From NCBI GenBank assembly GCA_965287045.1, contig OZ336875.1:78182001-78246000 (forward strand): a stretch of DNA of 64,000 nt, given 5' to 3'. Position numbers and translations under genes: made by a program. This DNA is from Carcharhinus amblyrhynchos (taxonomy: Eukaryota). Shown in pieces: positions 24,454 through 37,612 of the stretch. Each line of letters starts with the position of its first letter. Within the stretch, counting starts at the first letter, position 1. Under the pieces are notes generated by a model. That model had not been told where the DNA came from. It ran no database searches and worked only from the letters and a program-made list of their open reading frames with translations.

Positions 24454-25055
24454 GGACGCAATCCTACTGGCCCACTGCACCAGTCAATCAGCATTGGGAT
24501 TGGAAAAAGGCTACAAGTCAGGCTTGTGCTAGAGGGTAAGAATGGGGGGTTGCTCTAAAGTGGGAGGGTAAGCAAGGGGGAGATTTCTGCGGGGCGGTTT
24601 GCAAGGGGGAGAGCTCTGTGGGGCGGCATGCAAGAGGGGGAAATCTGCAGGGTGGGGTGTGCAAGCTGGGGAGACTGGTAAATGGAGGAGGCCAGCAAAG
24701 GCGGGGAGACTGGCACACCCTGAGGGTCGGGGGGGAGGGGGAGTGGGGGTGATCGGCAAATGGCAGGGGATTGCGCAGGGGAGGGCTGCAAAGGGGATGG
24801 GTTGTGGAGAGGTCATGATCGGGGGACTCATCGGGAGGGGTTTGATGCCCTGATGACGGTGACTCATTTTGCTACCGTGGGAGGTGTTTACAATCTCGCT
24901 AAGTGGGAGGGGTTTGTGGCAGGAGATCTCCCATTTCACCTGCACAATCGCACCTGAGCACTCTGAAGCCAGTTTCATCTACATGCATGTAAGCTTTTGC
25001 CTAAACCTACCAAAACACAAAGCACAACCCCATGTAGAGTAGGACATTTCTCCCC
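24454..25055. mobile_element. GC-rich MITE
   Basis: G-rich interior and GGACGCAATCCTAC... terminus similar to other MITEs in the window. Confidence 0.5.
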
Positions 25056-26488
25056 TATAGCCTGTTTCAGCACTTAATTAAACCATGGGTCCTCTGTACT
25101 TGAGCTTCATTTACCACACTCGTATCCGATGATATGAGATTTACATTTTTGCAGATGTGCCAAACAATTCATTGTCTTGCACTTCCATAATGACCTTACA
25201 TTGTAGGTTTCATACAGACTCAGCAGCATGATTGTAGTTTGAAGCTGTAAACAAGAATGGGCTCTACACTTTTCATCCTCAATTATTAGCATAATTATTA
25301 ACACTGAGCTGAGTGATGAATCCTGACAGATATTTCTGGATCGCAGAACAGTCAAAATTTAATACATCTTCAATACGTTATTTTGAAATCCTAGAGATAT
25401 TAATAAAAATAAGCTGTTCATGTGAAGAGACATTTGCTTATGCAATGTGACAACGTGCAAAGGCCACATTCACTGTTGGTCCATTGGGAATACTTCCATT
25501 GTAACAATGCCCTAATAATTCTGGCATTAAGTCTGAACTGTGGCTAAGCATATCAAATAATTGGCAAGGTCGAACTTAAGTCTTGGGTGAGTATAATATC
25601 ATTTAGTTGAGCATTTTCCCTTCTATTCACATTGCTAACATTGCAAGCATGTTACCCTATGAGGGATACTTGGCTTTGATCAGTGTTAGGATGTTTATAA
25701 CATCAAATCTGACAGATGAAAAATATCTAAAACTTTAGTTCGGGTCTTTGGTTAAAATTATTTCAGTAATTCCAAATACGTTGCAAAGTTACTTATGGGC
25801 CATTAATGTTACAATATGCATCAATGTAAACTGTCCTGTCCAATTTAGGTATTAAGCTATATGAATTTAACATAGGCAAGGGACGTGATATTCATTGCAG
25901 TATGTAGTTTCACACATTTTAATTTCATATTCTGGCAGTGTAATTGCAACCAAGTTTAAAAGCTCAAGGCAGAGTCAACATTTAATCATCATTTCTAATC
26001 TTTTCAATGTGAGGGACGATAGGACTGTCTCCAGCCACACACAGGGCCCCACTAACACTGGCAATACAAGTTGAAGCTGCCAACTCTGTGTCTTTCCATA
26101 CAAATCCTGGTCCGAGCTCAGTACTTGCTGCATAATGGTAACCTAAATGCTGCATTCAATGAATGTTTTGTTCAGAATAAACACCACATTGTTCGGTAAG
26201 TTATCAGTCTCAATCTGTTTGTGTTTAAAAGACATATATTGTTCAGTAAGCAGAGAATAAGTGTAATGTTGCTGTAATGTTCTCACACTGATTTAAGTAT
26301 CTGAGTTCTTTCTAATAATTGTAATAGCCATTACATTCCTCTAAATCCATTGAAAATACCTTGCATTCTTAAAAATAAGTCAATGTTAGTAAAAGTGGAT
26401 GTTTTTTAAAAATTTCTAGCAAATGGTGAAGATAGTGACATTGAAACAATATTTACATGCTCAAAGATGGTGTGCACAACGGACATGC

Positions 26489-26876
26489 TGTGGAGATGCC
26501 TGCGTTGGACTGGGCTAAACACAGTAAGAAGTCTCACAACACCAGGTTAAAATCCAGCAGGTTTATTTGGTAGCAAAAGCCACTAGCTTTTGGAGCGCTG
26601 CTCCTTCATCAGGTGAGTGGGATTTCAGTTCACAAACAGGGCATATAAAGACACAAACTCAATTTACAAAATAATGGTTGGAATGCGAGTCTTTACAGGT
26701 AATCAAGTCTTAAAGGTACAGACAATGTGAGTGGAGAGAGGGTTAAGCACAGGTTTAGGAGATGAGTATTGTCACCAGCCGGGACAGTTAGTGAGATTTT
26801 GCAAACTCAGGCAAGTCGTGGGGGTTACAGATAGTGTGATATGAACCCAAGATCCCGGTTGAGGCCATCCTCACGT
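26489..26876 (-). mobile_element. Penelope-like pLTR copy
   Basis: TGTGGAGATGCC...AAGAAGTCTCACAACACCAGGTTAA, as at 15795 and 33320. Hammerhead core has GAAA mutated to AAAA (26581-26620). Confidence 0.85.
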
Positions 26877-27329
26877 GTTGCCACAGGTCACACAACTCAA
26901 ACGATTGGCCATCTGTTTTGGAAGCTGTCAACAGAGACTACAAGGGCAAAAGAGTTGCAACCCACCTATGCCTTTGAGTTTTGACAAAGAGTCAACTGGA
27001 CTCGAAATATCAGCTCTTTTCTCTCCTTATAGATGCTGCCAGACCTGCAGCGATTTGCCAGCGTTTTCTCTTTTGGTTTCAAATTCCAGCATCCACAGTA
27101 ATTTGCTTTTACCCACTCCCATCCTTGTGGACTCTCACATCCCATTGTCAGGCCACATTATAATCATGAAGTTAGACCAACATATGAACTGACTCCCCAG
27201 TCAGGATGATAATAAAAACAGAGACATCAAAAATTGAACAGCCACTATTTTACTTCACTTCGTTCGCCCACAGAGTCTCCATCCTGTATTTTCATGGTGG
27301 TTTATGAAGGAACCACCACACTTGTCCAT

Positions 27330-28000
27330 CATTCCTCATCCCTGTGGGGTGTGAGAATGGCAGTGTTATGTCCCTCCCACCCTCTTGCTGGCCCCCACTA
27401 GGGAAGGGCACTTCCTCAGTTACGATGTGGACAGGAGCCCAAGAAGGAAGACATGGGAGGCACTGTCTGCACACTAGCCTTCACAATCCCTTTAAAGCAA
27501 GGGGTACCCCAAAATGAAGGCAAGGTAAGGCCTGCAAGTGACCCCACCCGATCCCCTTCAAAAAATGGCAATACTGGAGCTCCAACCCCCCTCCAGCCCC
27601 AAGTTGAAATTGTTTGTGTCCTCTGAGTCCTCTCTGGCGCCTCTTTGGGCAGTGCACACGCTGCAGAGAACGCTGTCTTCCTGAGTACTCACTTATGAAA
27701 TCCCTCTTGGAGGTGAAGGCACCGGGTTAATGTTTATATAGACCTAATGTAAATGCTGCTGAAGTGGTGACATGCCGAGCCTGCTGAATATCTAGTGAGG
27801 GGGAGTCCTGGAAATAGTGCTCACTAATGATGTGCTAATGCATTATAATGAGCTTTCTGCAGTGCGTTTTTTGCCACTTGACCGGCGAGGGGTTGGGAAG
27901 ATTGGAACTTAGAAACTTGCTGGCGTGAATCATGCTCTCCAGATTTTAAGCACATACTGCCATTCCCACAGGTGAGAAATGCAAATTCAAAATCACCCCC
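27330..28000. mobile_element. MITE remnant
   Basis: Ends CAAAATCACCCCC; GC-rich interior like the other MITEs. Confidence 0.45.
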
Positions 28001-28719
28001 AATGTTTCAGCTTAGCAACAACCTATTAAAACCAGACCTGAAATGTTAACTCTCTTTCTCTCCACAGATGCTGCCTGCCCTGCCTAGTTTTTCCATCTTT
28101 TTCTGTTCTTATTTTTCGTTCACTTCTGTCAATTGCTTTTCATCGACTCAAAAGTATATTTTTATTTGTTTGCTCCAATGACCAATAAAATATCACAGTA
28201 TCAGTCCTCACTTTAAATTATTAAGCAAATTTGTTTCACAAATGATGGACACGTGAAAGATATTTTCAAAAGAAATCCTTGTACTTGGAATCTTTGAAAT
28301 TAAAACAACAATACCACATAACGCTAATCCATAAAACTCATTTTTACTTTCACACCTACCCACTGCAGCAGTTGAAACAATATTAGGTGGCCATATCTGG
28401 CTCTGCAATGCTACTAGTGCTGTTGCTATGGGGACCAGGAAAGCAAATAATGTCAGGAGAATTCAGATGCAATGAGCTCCAGCAGTGCCCGTGTCGGTCG
28501 CCATCTTTTGAAGAGTGAAAACATGGGCATCTCTGGCTAAGCACTGAAGTCACACAGAGTGGACAGTTTGTAATGTTAGTCAGTGTCTAACACTGATCTG
28601 ACAACTTTTTTTATTATTTAGGATGTGCATAATCACAGAGTCAAGAAATACTCTTGTCGGTGGCTGAATAGAATTATTCAAGCTTAGCTCTAAATTTAGT
28701 CAGTGGACTCAACAATACA

Positions 28720-29500
28720 TGTCATCATTTGGACTGCACCACAGTTGCAGTCTGGGTAGTCTTGTTGGAGGTTGGGTGGCTGCATAGAGGCCTTGACCAA
28801 TCCAGAAAATGGCCCAGCCTTAGTAGATCAAAGCTGGGTGGACAAGCAGTGGTCTGCGATGAGCAAGTGGCTTTCTGGCTGATGTTTTCTTTTACCAATC
28901 CTCCTGTCATTGGTCCTCAGCTGTTACTCCTCGGTGTAGTAGATTTAACCATATGGGCTGGTATGAGGGAAGACCTACTGCTGGAGGTTTGAGGAGGTCC
29001 CTGAATACGAGTACACTTTCTCCAGTAGCTTACCTTTTGCTGTTTCCTTTCTTATAGGTGGGGGGGGAGGGGAAATTTTGCTCAAGGCTTGGAGTGTGTA
29101 GTTAGATTAATATCATACTGGGGTGCAATATTCTGCAGCTGCGTACATAATAGCAAAAGCAGAGGCTCTTAGGGTCTTGGCCTGTGATTCCCATGAAGTA
29201 CTGGCCAGTTTTCTGAAGAGGTTGTTGTGGGTTTTAATGTTTTTTTTGCAGTTTTGATGAGGTGTAATCTATATGTGAGGGTCTGGCATCGGTGATGTCT
29301 AGATAAACAAGATGGGCATAGAGCTTCAGCTTCTGGCCATCCTGGTGCTGCTCAGTTCCCTCTTAGCACTGATGTTTTGAATGAGAAAATGCTAGAGACT
29401 ATTTTACTGGAGCCTATTGTATGAATGCCGACTTCTCTTGTCCCCCTTATGAGGATGCAGCAACACTTACTGCCACATCCAGGACCTCACTACAACATCT
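28720..29500 (-). mobile_element. Vingi/Ingi-like LINE 3' remnant
   Basis: Minus translation QTLTYRLHLIKTAKK..IKTHNNLFRKLASTSWESQAKTLRASAFAIMYAAAEYCTPV* (29113-29285) matches the Vingi-type KLAGxxWGAxAxTLRxSALALxYSAAEYCAPVW motif. PPSFDL follows downstream. Confidence 0.75.
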
Positions 29501-31409
29501 TCAAATACACTCCACTTCAGATACTTTCCTATCAAAGAAGTTCTTCAAATTTACAGTAGTTGTAAGTTGGGCCCTTTGAATAATGCCAATACTGTGCCAG
29601 TCTTGCAGCTGAATTCCCAGTCTTTGGTAAATGAACTTATATGGTCCAAATTTGGAAAATGAATGCCACTTCAGCTGATAGGGCCATATGACATCATGAT
29701 AGGGCTCGTTCAATTCTTTCCAGTGCTCACAGGGTCACCTTTACACATGCTCTCCTCAAGATGGAGTACTGCAAGCTATGCTAGACACAGTTGCATGCAG
29801 CCACACCCACAAGATGGTGATCAGCTTCCGTATTGCGATTTCGCAGTGATTATATGGATCTGAATTTTACAATCTCAAACTCTTGGGCCACACATCCAGG
29901 AAGAAAACATGAAAAAGGTAACCCAATTAATCCTTCATTTTTCTACAGATCAAACAGTGGTATAGCATAAAGGAAATTGAAAAGTAAGGGTTAGCAATCT
30001 GGGCGTTATGCTTCTCTTCCCTTTGATCCAGCCAGGATGAAAGAAAGTAGACATTGCTCACAATTAGATTACGTATTCAAATCTCCTCCCTCCCCCAAAA
30101 AAATGAAAGGATGAAAATGATGACAATAAATGAACCTGATACAGAAATGTATGTGTTCACCCAAGTTTGGCAACATGCACCTAAGAAGCAGAGAACGAGG
30201 ACTATAATTTGATTTCTTTCCATCTGGAAATTTAATGAAGGTTAAAGATCATAAATGTGGCAGATTGGCAGTTATGTCTAGTGAAAAGCAAATGTACTAT
30301 AAGAATGTGGGGACAGCTGTATTTTTATAGTATGGGCGTGCTTTAAGGTTCTATATCATGATCTAGTGTCTGCATGAATGAAAATAGTTCAAATTCTTCC
30401 CAAAGTGTCCATTTCATCCTCATGGTATTTGTATGCACTCTCGGTATCTGTTTGTTCTGACAATCTTAATTAGTGTTTTGGTCAGGCACCTGCTCATACT
30501 GCACCCAGCACTGAATAATGTAATTTTAATTCCTTCAGGAAAACTATTTTGGACATGGACAGAACAAAGTCATGTCAAAAAGAATTTGTAATGTCATTTT
30601 GTTTGTGTCTGTCCTTATTATAGAACCTGCCAATATTAGAAGGAAGATATTACATTAAATCATAGCTGTGAGTGATAGAGCTGGAAATTTCTTTCTGGTC
30701 TAAGATAAAAAGGGCTATTAAAAGGAATTATGTTAAATGTCAAAATTAACCTTATATCCTGTAGACATTTTGATTCATTGGCTTAATTATTATCTTTGTG
30801 GTGAATTTTACATTAGTTGTTTCAACGGGGATTTTTCATACTGGGTTCCAAAGACTGCCCCTTGTATTCGCTGTGGAACCTGGGCAATGAGTAAGAAAGG
30901 GTTAATCAAAACAGGATGAAGTACAGTGGGACCAGGGCCCAGAAGAGAGGGCTGCTTGTGATGTTAAACACTGGGGCTGGGTATTATGGGGGCACTAGTA
31001 CAAGTCCTCTTTTTCAGTATTAAATGTCAATGTTGTGCATCAACGTTCTGAAATGAAGTCTTATTTCTTATCATTCTCCGTCTGTGGCAAACAGATATGA
31101 GGAGTGGAATGCCACAGAGTGGGGGAATCTCTACAGGAGCAGGATTGTATTGTCTGGAAGCTTCTATAATTTATCTATCACAGAGATGGGAGATGCAAGA
31201 TGGTTATCTAGCATTGGACTAGACAGGGGTGCATCTTGGCAGCTGTAATTACAACTGAATGGCCATTCTTGGACATGCTCTGTTCATCCTTTATTGGGGA
31301 AGGGTCTAAGAAAGGTATCCGAAACATAGTCTGTTTTACCTCTCTGGGTTGGTTAACTACATCCAGTGAAATCACTTACTGGAATAGAAACAAGCAAAAG
31401 ACACCAGTA

Positions 31410-33319
31410 GTAATGTTTGGGAACGTGAGAATCCTTACTGACATACCCATGAGAGTGGCAGCTCAAGGAACTTTCGGTAAAGGGAATCAGAAGAATGCAG
31501 AGTTCACAGGACTGGATTTGCCATCAAGAATTAACTTGTGAACCAGCTTGGTGAATTCCCTTGTGATAGAAATAAGTGCCTCATGTCTCTTCATCTCAAA
31601 CTGGTGAGGAGTAACTTCTTCACCATGGTCAGTGCACTTGTCCCAAATCTGGACAATGATGAAGCCAAGGAAGATGCCTTTGCCAAACTTGATCAACTTC
31701 TCGGTGGTGTTCCTCTTCTCGGAGGCTTCAGTGCCAGAATTGGAAGTGATTCCAAACTCTGGAATGGAATTTTGGCAGGGAAGGAATTGGGAACTCATTT
31801 CCATAGTATTGTTTTCCTTTCCAAATGCACAAAACATGGGCTCATCATCACCGATACACTGACCAGCCAAAAGAACAGGTACAAAATCTCATTGCAACAC
31901 CCAAGCACTGGCACCTGGTCAATTACATTATCGTCCATACAAGGAATTGCAAAGATATCCACACCACCATAGTGTTAATAGAATTCAAGCTGGTTGGCAA
32001 AGTCGAAGACAAGACACAGAGCTTTTCTTTCTCAAGATTTTGTTCAGTCTCACTACTCTCTTCCAGTCCACCTAGTGTCATTGCTATCTCCGATTTATAC
32101 TCTTTTGATTAACCAATAAAATAATGTGTACTAGTTCATCAGATTAACAAATGAACAAACCAAATTAAAGCGATAGCCCCTTAAAAGGGCACTGTAACAA
32201 ATTAAGCTCATCTAATCAAATTGAAATATTGTTCTGGGGGCTGATGACGCATTCTAACTCCCCTGTGCCCACCGGTCATGGAAGATCCCCTATTTATATG
32301 CTTTTTTCATAAAACAAAAATCAATAAATTAAGCAAAATATCAAAAATAAGAGGAGTGATAGCCTTTGGTAGGGCACTGTAACAAAAAACTCAGAAGTTC
32401 AAAGGAAATTTACAAAATTAAATTAAAATGTCATTCCCAAGGATGATGATGTGGCACATCTTCTACTTATATGTGCTCAAAGTATTTCATTGCACAATGC
32501 CCTTCACCCGTGTAATTAATATATCGTTAACACAGAGGAATGACAGGAGCTGATGGCTGCTGGACCAATCATCAATTTATTCAATGATGTCCATTAAACT
32601 GGCACCCAAATGATGGGATTAACAGAAAGGATGTCCCTGAAATGTAAACATTGAAGCTCTGAAGGACCCAATCAAAAAAGACCAATTCTTTAGGGAAAAA
32701 TATTCAAACTGCAATCAATAAGAGTGCTTGGGATGTCCTTAAGGCCAATATAGCAATGCCTGCAAAGAGATACTTGATTTTCTGTCAGGAAACATCAGGA
32801 TTAGTTCGATGAAAATGACCAGGATACCAATTAACTCATTGATTGCAAATGCAAGATTTTCTGCATCTAGCAGAATGATCCAAACTCAGTGCAGAAGATA
32901 CTGGTTAACAAGCAAAACAAAAGGTCATGTTACAAAGGTGCACCTGAGACACGAAGAGCATGTGGTTGGTAGATAAGACAAAGGAAATTCAACACCTTGC
33001 TCACATGAATGATATTTGTGGCTTCTTCACTGCCAAAATGTTGATTTATGGCCCAAATGCTCAAAGACCAAATCTTCTGAGGCCCAAGAATGGGGGGGGA
33101 TTCTGATGAGGGAAGGGAATTTCCAATGCCTGTTGGAGGGATCATTTTTTAATTAAGAACCAGTTGTTGATGGGAATGTTTCTAACTCTATCCCATAACA
33201 TCAAGTCAGTGGCAAGCTTAGAACTCTACTAGCATGTATGGACGTGATGAAAGTCATCATACAAATGAAGAACAACAGAACAGCAGGAGGAGATGAAATC
33301 CCTGCTGAAATATTCAAGA
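31410..33319 (+). mobile_element. RTE-clade LINE remnant (endonuclease to RT start), interrupted
   Basis: NVRIL, MVSALVPNLD...LLGGFSARIGSD...CTKHGLIITDT (APE domain) and QMKNNRTAGGDEIPAEIFK at 33262-33318. Confidence 0.8.
32100..32450 (-). mobile_element. Tx1/L1-type LINE 3' end fragment with internal repeat
   Basis: Minus strand DRWAQG..ECVISPQNNISI* resembles 45775-45905. GATAGCC...AGGGCACTGTAACAAA occurs twice (32172 and 32358). Confidence 0.5.
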
Positions 33320-33815
33320 TGTGGAGATGCCAGCATTGGGGTAAGCACAGTAGGAAGTCCACAATACCAGGTTAAAGTCCAACAGGTTTATTTGGTAGAA
33401 AAAGTCACAAGCTTTCGGAGCACTGCTCCTTCATCAGGTGAGTGGGAGATGTGTTTGTAAACGGGATATATAAAGACACAATCTCAATTTACAAGATAAT
33501 GATTGGAATGTGAGTCTTTACATTATGGTACACATGGTACATACGGTGCGGTACATACCCTTGCAATTTGGCCAATGTTGTCTACCTGAAGTGCTGCAGG
33601 GAAGGGTGTCCCGAGGAATGGTACATTGGGGAGACCATGTAGGCGTTACGACAATGGATGAATGAACACCGCTTGACAATCACCAGGCATGAGTGTTCTC
33701 TTCCTGTCGGGAACACTTCAGCTGTCATGGGCATTCAGTCCCTGATCTTTGGGTGAGTGTTCTCCAAGGCGCCCTTCACGACACACGACAATGCAGAATC
33801 GCTGAGCAGAAACTG
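33320..33815. mobile_element. Penelope-like element: inverted pLTR (33320-33521) plus GIY-YIG remnant (33530-33815, +)
   Basis: Plus translation CNLANVVYLKCCREGCPEEWYIGETM*ALRQWMNEHR...SLPVG is a GIY-YIG nuclease domain. Inserted into the RTE element. Confidence 0.9.
33405..33441 (-). ncRNA. Minimal hammerhead ribozyme motif in a Penelope pLTR
   Basis: Minus strand UCAC-CUGAUGA-A-GGAG-CAGUG-CUCC-GAAA-GC-UU-GUGA: intact core, stem I UCAC/GUGA, stem II GGAG/CUCC, palindromic AGCU stem III. Confidence 0.75.
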
Positions 33816-33879
33816 GGATTGTGGTCAGTGCAGACTTGATGGACCAAATGGCCCCCTTCTGCACTGTAGGGATTCTGTC

Positions 33880-34312
33880 GTAAGTGCTTGGGGAGGTGGG
33901 GGGAGGGGGGGGGGGGGGGAGGTGGTGGGGGGGATGGCAGGGCTGGAGATTGCACTACTCCGGGATGGGAGGGGGTCGGGGCTTTCTCAAGAATATTCTT
34001 GGGGGCCGTGATCGAGCCGTGGTGGGGTTGGAAGGGCAGTACTGCAAGGATCCCGTACTGGCCAGTGATTGAGCTGGATAGGAAAGTGCAAACTGATAGT
34101 TCAGGGCCACTGTGCACGCGCAGAGTTCTGGAACTGACAGTCTCTGATGTGAATATACCCCACCTCCAATATAATTATTTCTGATTGTGACCTCTGCATT
34201 GCACAGAGTGCAGGAGATTCGAGTCTGAACTCTCACTGCAAAAACAATTGTGAATTACACCATTTTTCCCACCAATTCAGCACTTAGAACTTTTTTTGGG
34301 AGAATTGCCCCC
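33880..34312 (-). mobile_element. GC-rich MITE, left portion
   Basis: Ends GGGAGAATTGCCCCC; homologous to 9050-9342. Confidence 0.75.
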
Positions 34313-34579
34313 AAGGTCTATGTTCGATGAGAAGGAAACATGATCAGCATTATTTTTTGTATTACAACATCTCTGTGATTAAAGACACATTCCACTCAGT
34401 GAGTAATTATACTAAACACATTGGAAATGTGAGGTAGTTGTGTGAGTGAACAGTTGATATGATGCTGGAATGAGTATAACATGCACTTTCAGTTTCTTGA
34501 TCTTTAGTAAATAATGGCTAACAGTGTGAAGGATTATTAAAATAACTTTATTAATGAATTAATAGGATACTAATTCTTA

Positions 34580-34980
34580 CAGCATCAACATTGTTGTCCT
34601 CGCACAAGCAGGCACCACAAGCATTGAGGCTGGGGTCAGCTGCCATCAGCTTTGTTGGATTTATCACATAATTTCAATGTCTGTCAGACTCCTAAAGCAG
34701 GTCAAATTCTCCCAGCTCAATCAGGGCAAATGAAACAGAGGAGGACAGAACAAGGATGTGCTGAAAACCAACACAAAGAAATGCAACATTGACACCAAAT
34801 CTTGGGAGTCCATTACCCTGGATCGAACCAAATAGCAACAGAGTCTCTGGGCATTTGGCCAGAGTCCCAGCATTTGAACCTCAAAGATGACAACTGAAGA
34901 CGAAAAAATGGCAGCAAGAAAAAGAACACACTCCTGCCTGAATTAATAAACACAACCAGACATCCCACATGATGACAAAC
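34580..34980 (+). mobile_element. RTE LINE 3' end
   Basis: LLKQV..SQL..G...GGQ..KDVLK...KKCNIDTKSWES..LDR is typical of the RTE C-terminus; probably continues the 31410 element. Confidence 0.7.
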
Positions 34981-35644
34981 ACTTATTTTATCCAAGCCCC
35001 CAGGTATTTTTTGTCAGCGTGTCAGAAAATCTGGTCTGAAAACTTGGCAATACATTTGGTGTGATACAAGCCTTACATTCTGACACATCATAGAAAATTT
35101 CACCCATAAAACCAGAGATTAAGGGGGCAAATCTCTGACCTCGCCACGCCATTAGAAGATTGTACTGATCTCAGAGAATAGTGATGGACCTAACAGTCAG
35201 TCCATTTCCTTCCCGGAGACAAACAGTTTGCCGGTTGCTGGTCCCTTCCTAATGGCGTGAACTGATTGTGCCCAGAAAGGGTATTAGCCTGATTAGCATA
35301 TTTAAATATGCATAGCCCACTCATATTCCAGTGCACGGAAATCTCTGGCCTTTGAGCATGGCTTGAGAATGGCAAGAATTGCTACTGGTCTCCATTAGTG
35401 AAGACCTGGCATGATGGTCACATCAGGGGCTGGGAGACCACTTAATTCCCCTAGTAGTTGGGCCCATCAGGCAGTGCCCACCTGGTGGTGCTGACCAGAT
35501 GCTTGGGTGCAGTTAGTGGTGAGGTTTCTAGTTCACTCTCTAGTGAGTACAACACATCTGATAATGTACATCGGATAGAGGAGAGAATGTCCAAGGCCTC
35601 TGGCATGCTGGGGCCTTCCAGAGGTGAGGACTCAGTTTTTGTTA

Positions 35645-36019
35645 AAGAGAAGAAGGTTAAGAGGTGACTTAATTGAGGCATACAAGATGATCAGAGGATG
35701 AAATAGGATAGACGGTGAGAGCCTTTTTCCTTGGATGGTGATGGCTAACACGAGGGGGCATAGCTTTAAATTGAGGGGTGATAAATATAGGACAGATGTC
35801 AGAGGTAGGTTCTTTACTCAGAGGGTAGTAAGGGCATGGAATGCCCTGCCTGCAGCAGTTATGGACTCGCCAACTTTAAGGGCATTCAAATGGTCATTGG
35901 ATAGACATATGGATAATATTGGAATAGTTCAGGTTAGAGGGTCGTTAGATTGATTCCACTGGTAGGTGCAACATCGAGGGCCAAAGGGCCTATACTACGC
36001 TGTAATGTTCTATGTTCTA
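35645..36019 (+). mobile_element. CR1 (HER1-like) 3' end
   Basis: RLRGDL..., NTRGHSFKLRGDKYRTDVRGRFFTQRVVRAWNALP, and tail ATGTTCTATGTTCTA. Confidence 0.9.
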
Positions 36020-36640
36020 ATGTCTTCTGCACCCCCTTCAGAATGTTCACGTCCTTCCTATAATGGTGGCCAGAACTGCACACAGTACTCCAGCTGTGGC
36101 CTCACCAAAGTTCTAAACAATGCCATCATGGCCTTTCTGCTTTTGCAATCTACACCTCAATTGATAAAGGCAAGTATGCCATATGCCTTTCTCACCCTCC
36201 CATTAACCTGCCCTTCTGCATTCAGAGATCTACGGACAACTACGGAACTTCCCAGTGTCAGACCTTTCATAGCATAGTCAAATTCCTCCTTCCAAAGTGC
36301 ATCAACTCACACTTTTCAGGGTTAAATTCCATGTGCCATTTACCTGCCCATTTGACCATCTTGTCTATATCTTCCTGTAACCAAAGACACTCAACCTCAC
36401 TGTTAACCACCCGGCCAATCTTTGCGCCATTTCTTAGCTTACTGATCCTATCCTGCACATAGTCACCTAGGTCATTTATATAAATTATGAACAATAGGGG
36501 GCCCAGCACAGATCCCTGTGGTACGCCACTGGAGACTGGCCTCCAGTCACTAAATCAGCTGTTTGCCACCACCCTCTGTTTCCTACTGCTAAGCCAGTAA
36601 TGAATCCACCTTATCAGATAATCCTGTATCCCATGTGCAT
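36020..36640 (-). mobile_element. CR1 RT fragment
   Basis: SGVPQGSVLGPLLFIIYINDL...WHMEFNPEKCELMHFGR. Confidence 0.9.
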
Positions 36641-37181
36641 ATTCACAGATCCTGTGTTCTGTGTCCTGTGTACTGAGGCCTCCTTGCTGCCATGTTCTTT
36701 CAGAATGTGGCTCTTCACTGGGTGAAACAGAAAGACGAATTTACCCTCAGTTTTCTAACGATGATATGTAACGTAATTTGACAATCCAAGTGCTTTCTCC
36801 CCTGTGACTCTCCATGAAAGTTGGTTCCTAATATTTGTCACTTTTGAATAAAATAAATTTTGTCTGCTAACTATTCTAAACATGCTTTTTAATAATTGCC
36901 ATTGATTGTTCAGTACATTCTTGGCTTTTTTTTTAAACAATAGGTTTTATCCTATCTGTAAACATTAATATTGTATATGTTATGATGATATCCCCATTTC
37001 TATATTGTAAAACATAAATCTTTCCTTATAGCTAACTTCATTTACAATGGAAATCAATCTTGTTACTATTTATAACCTGGTAAATTTTTAAAGCGAAGAA
37101 CATATTTGAAGACAATAATTATATGACTAGCATTATATCAATGTATTCTATATCGATCCACTTTAAATAAGTATACATTTT

Positions 37182-37510
37182 GTCTCATTGGTAGCACCTT
37201 GGATTAGCAAGGTGTAGGATTCAAGCCCCACAAAAGACTTAAACCCCAAATCCACCCCAAATTTACTGCTATACTGGTGGAGTGCCACATTGTCAGAGGT
37301 GCTTTATTTTGAATAATACGTTAAGCCAAGGTGGTACCTTCCATTCCACGACATTTTTTGAAGAAGACAGGGCTCCAACAACTATTAAGAAGTCATTCAT
37401 TTGTTGTTTGTATGGAAATTAGTTGTGCAACAATGGCTACATTTCAGAACTAACTTGGTGTAAAGCCTCTGGAACATCTTGAGGACAAAAAAAATGTTTT
37501 AATAAAGGTA
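37182..37510 (+). mobile_element. Decayed DeuSINE
   Basis: CTCATTGGTAGCAC...GGATTCAAGCCCCAC head and GGAGTGCCACATTGTCAGAGGTGC body, homologous to 18925-19322. Confidence 0.6.
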
Positions 37511-37612
37511 TTACACATTTGAAATTTTTTTTCATATTTTCCCCACTAATTTCTTAATACCTATCCTCCTGATAAAAGCATTAATTCCTCATTGAAGTAC
37601 AATAAACATCTG

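Noticed and set aside
29949-29983. Possible 35-nt exon (TTCTACAG / GTAAGG; IKQWYSIKEIE)
   Set aside because: Splice signals look plausible, but there are no partner exons or recognisable homology, and such sites are common by chance.
33891-33935. G-quadruplex-like G runs
   Set aside because: Low-complexity interior of a MITE with no evidence of function.
35645-36640. Twin-priming inversion of one CR1
   Set aside because: The antisense piece lies beyond the tail rather than 5' of the sense piece; two insertions or a later inversion fit better.
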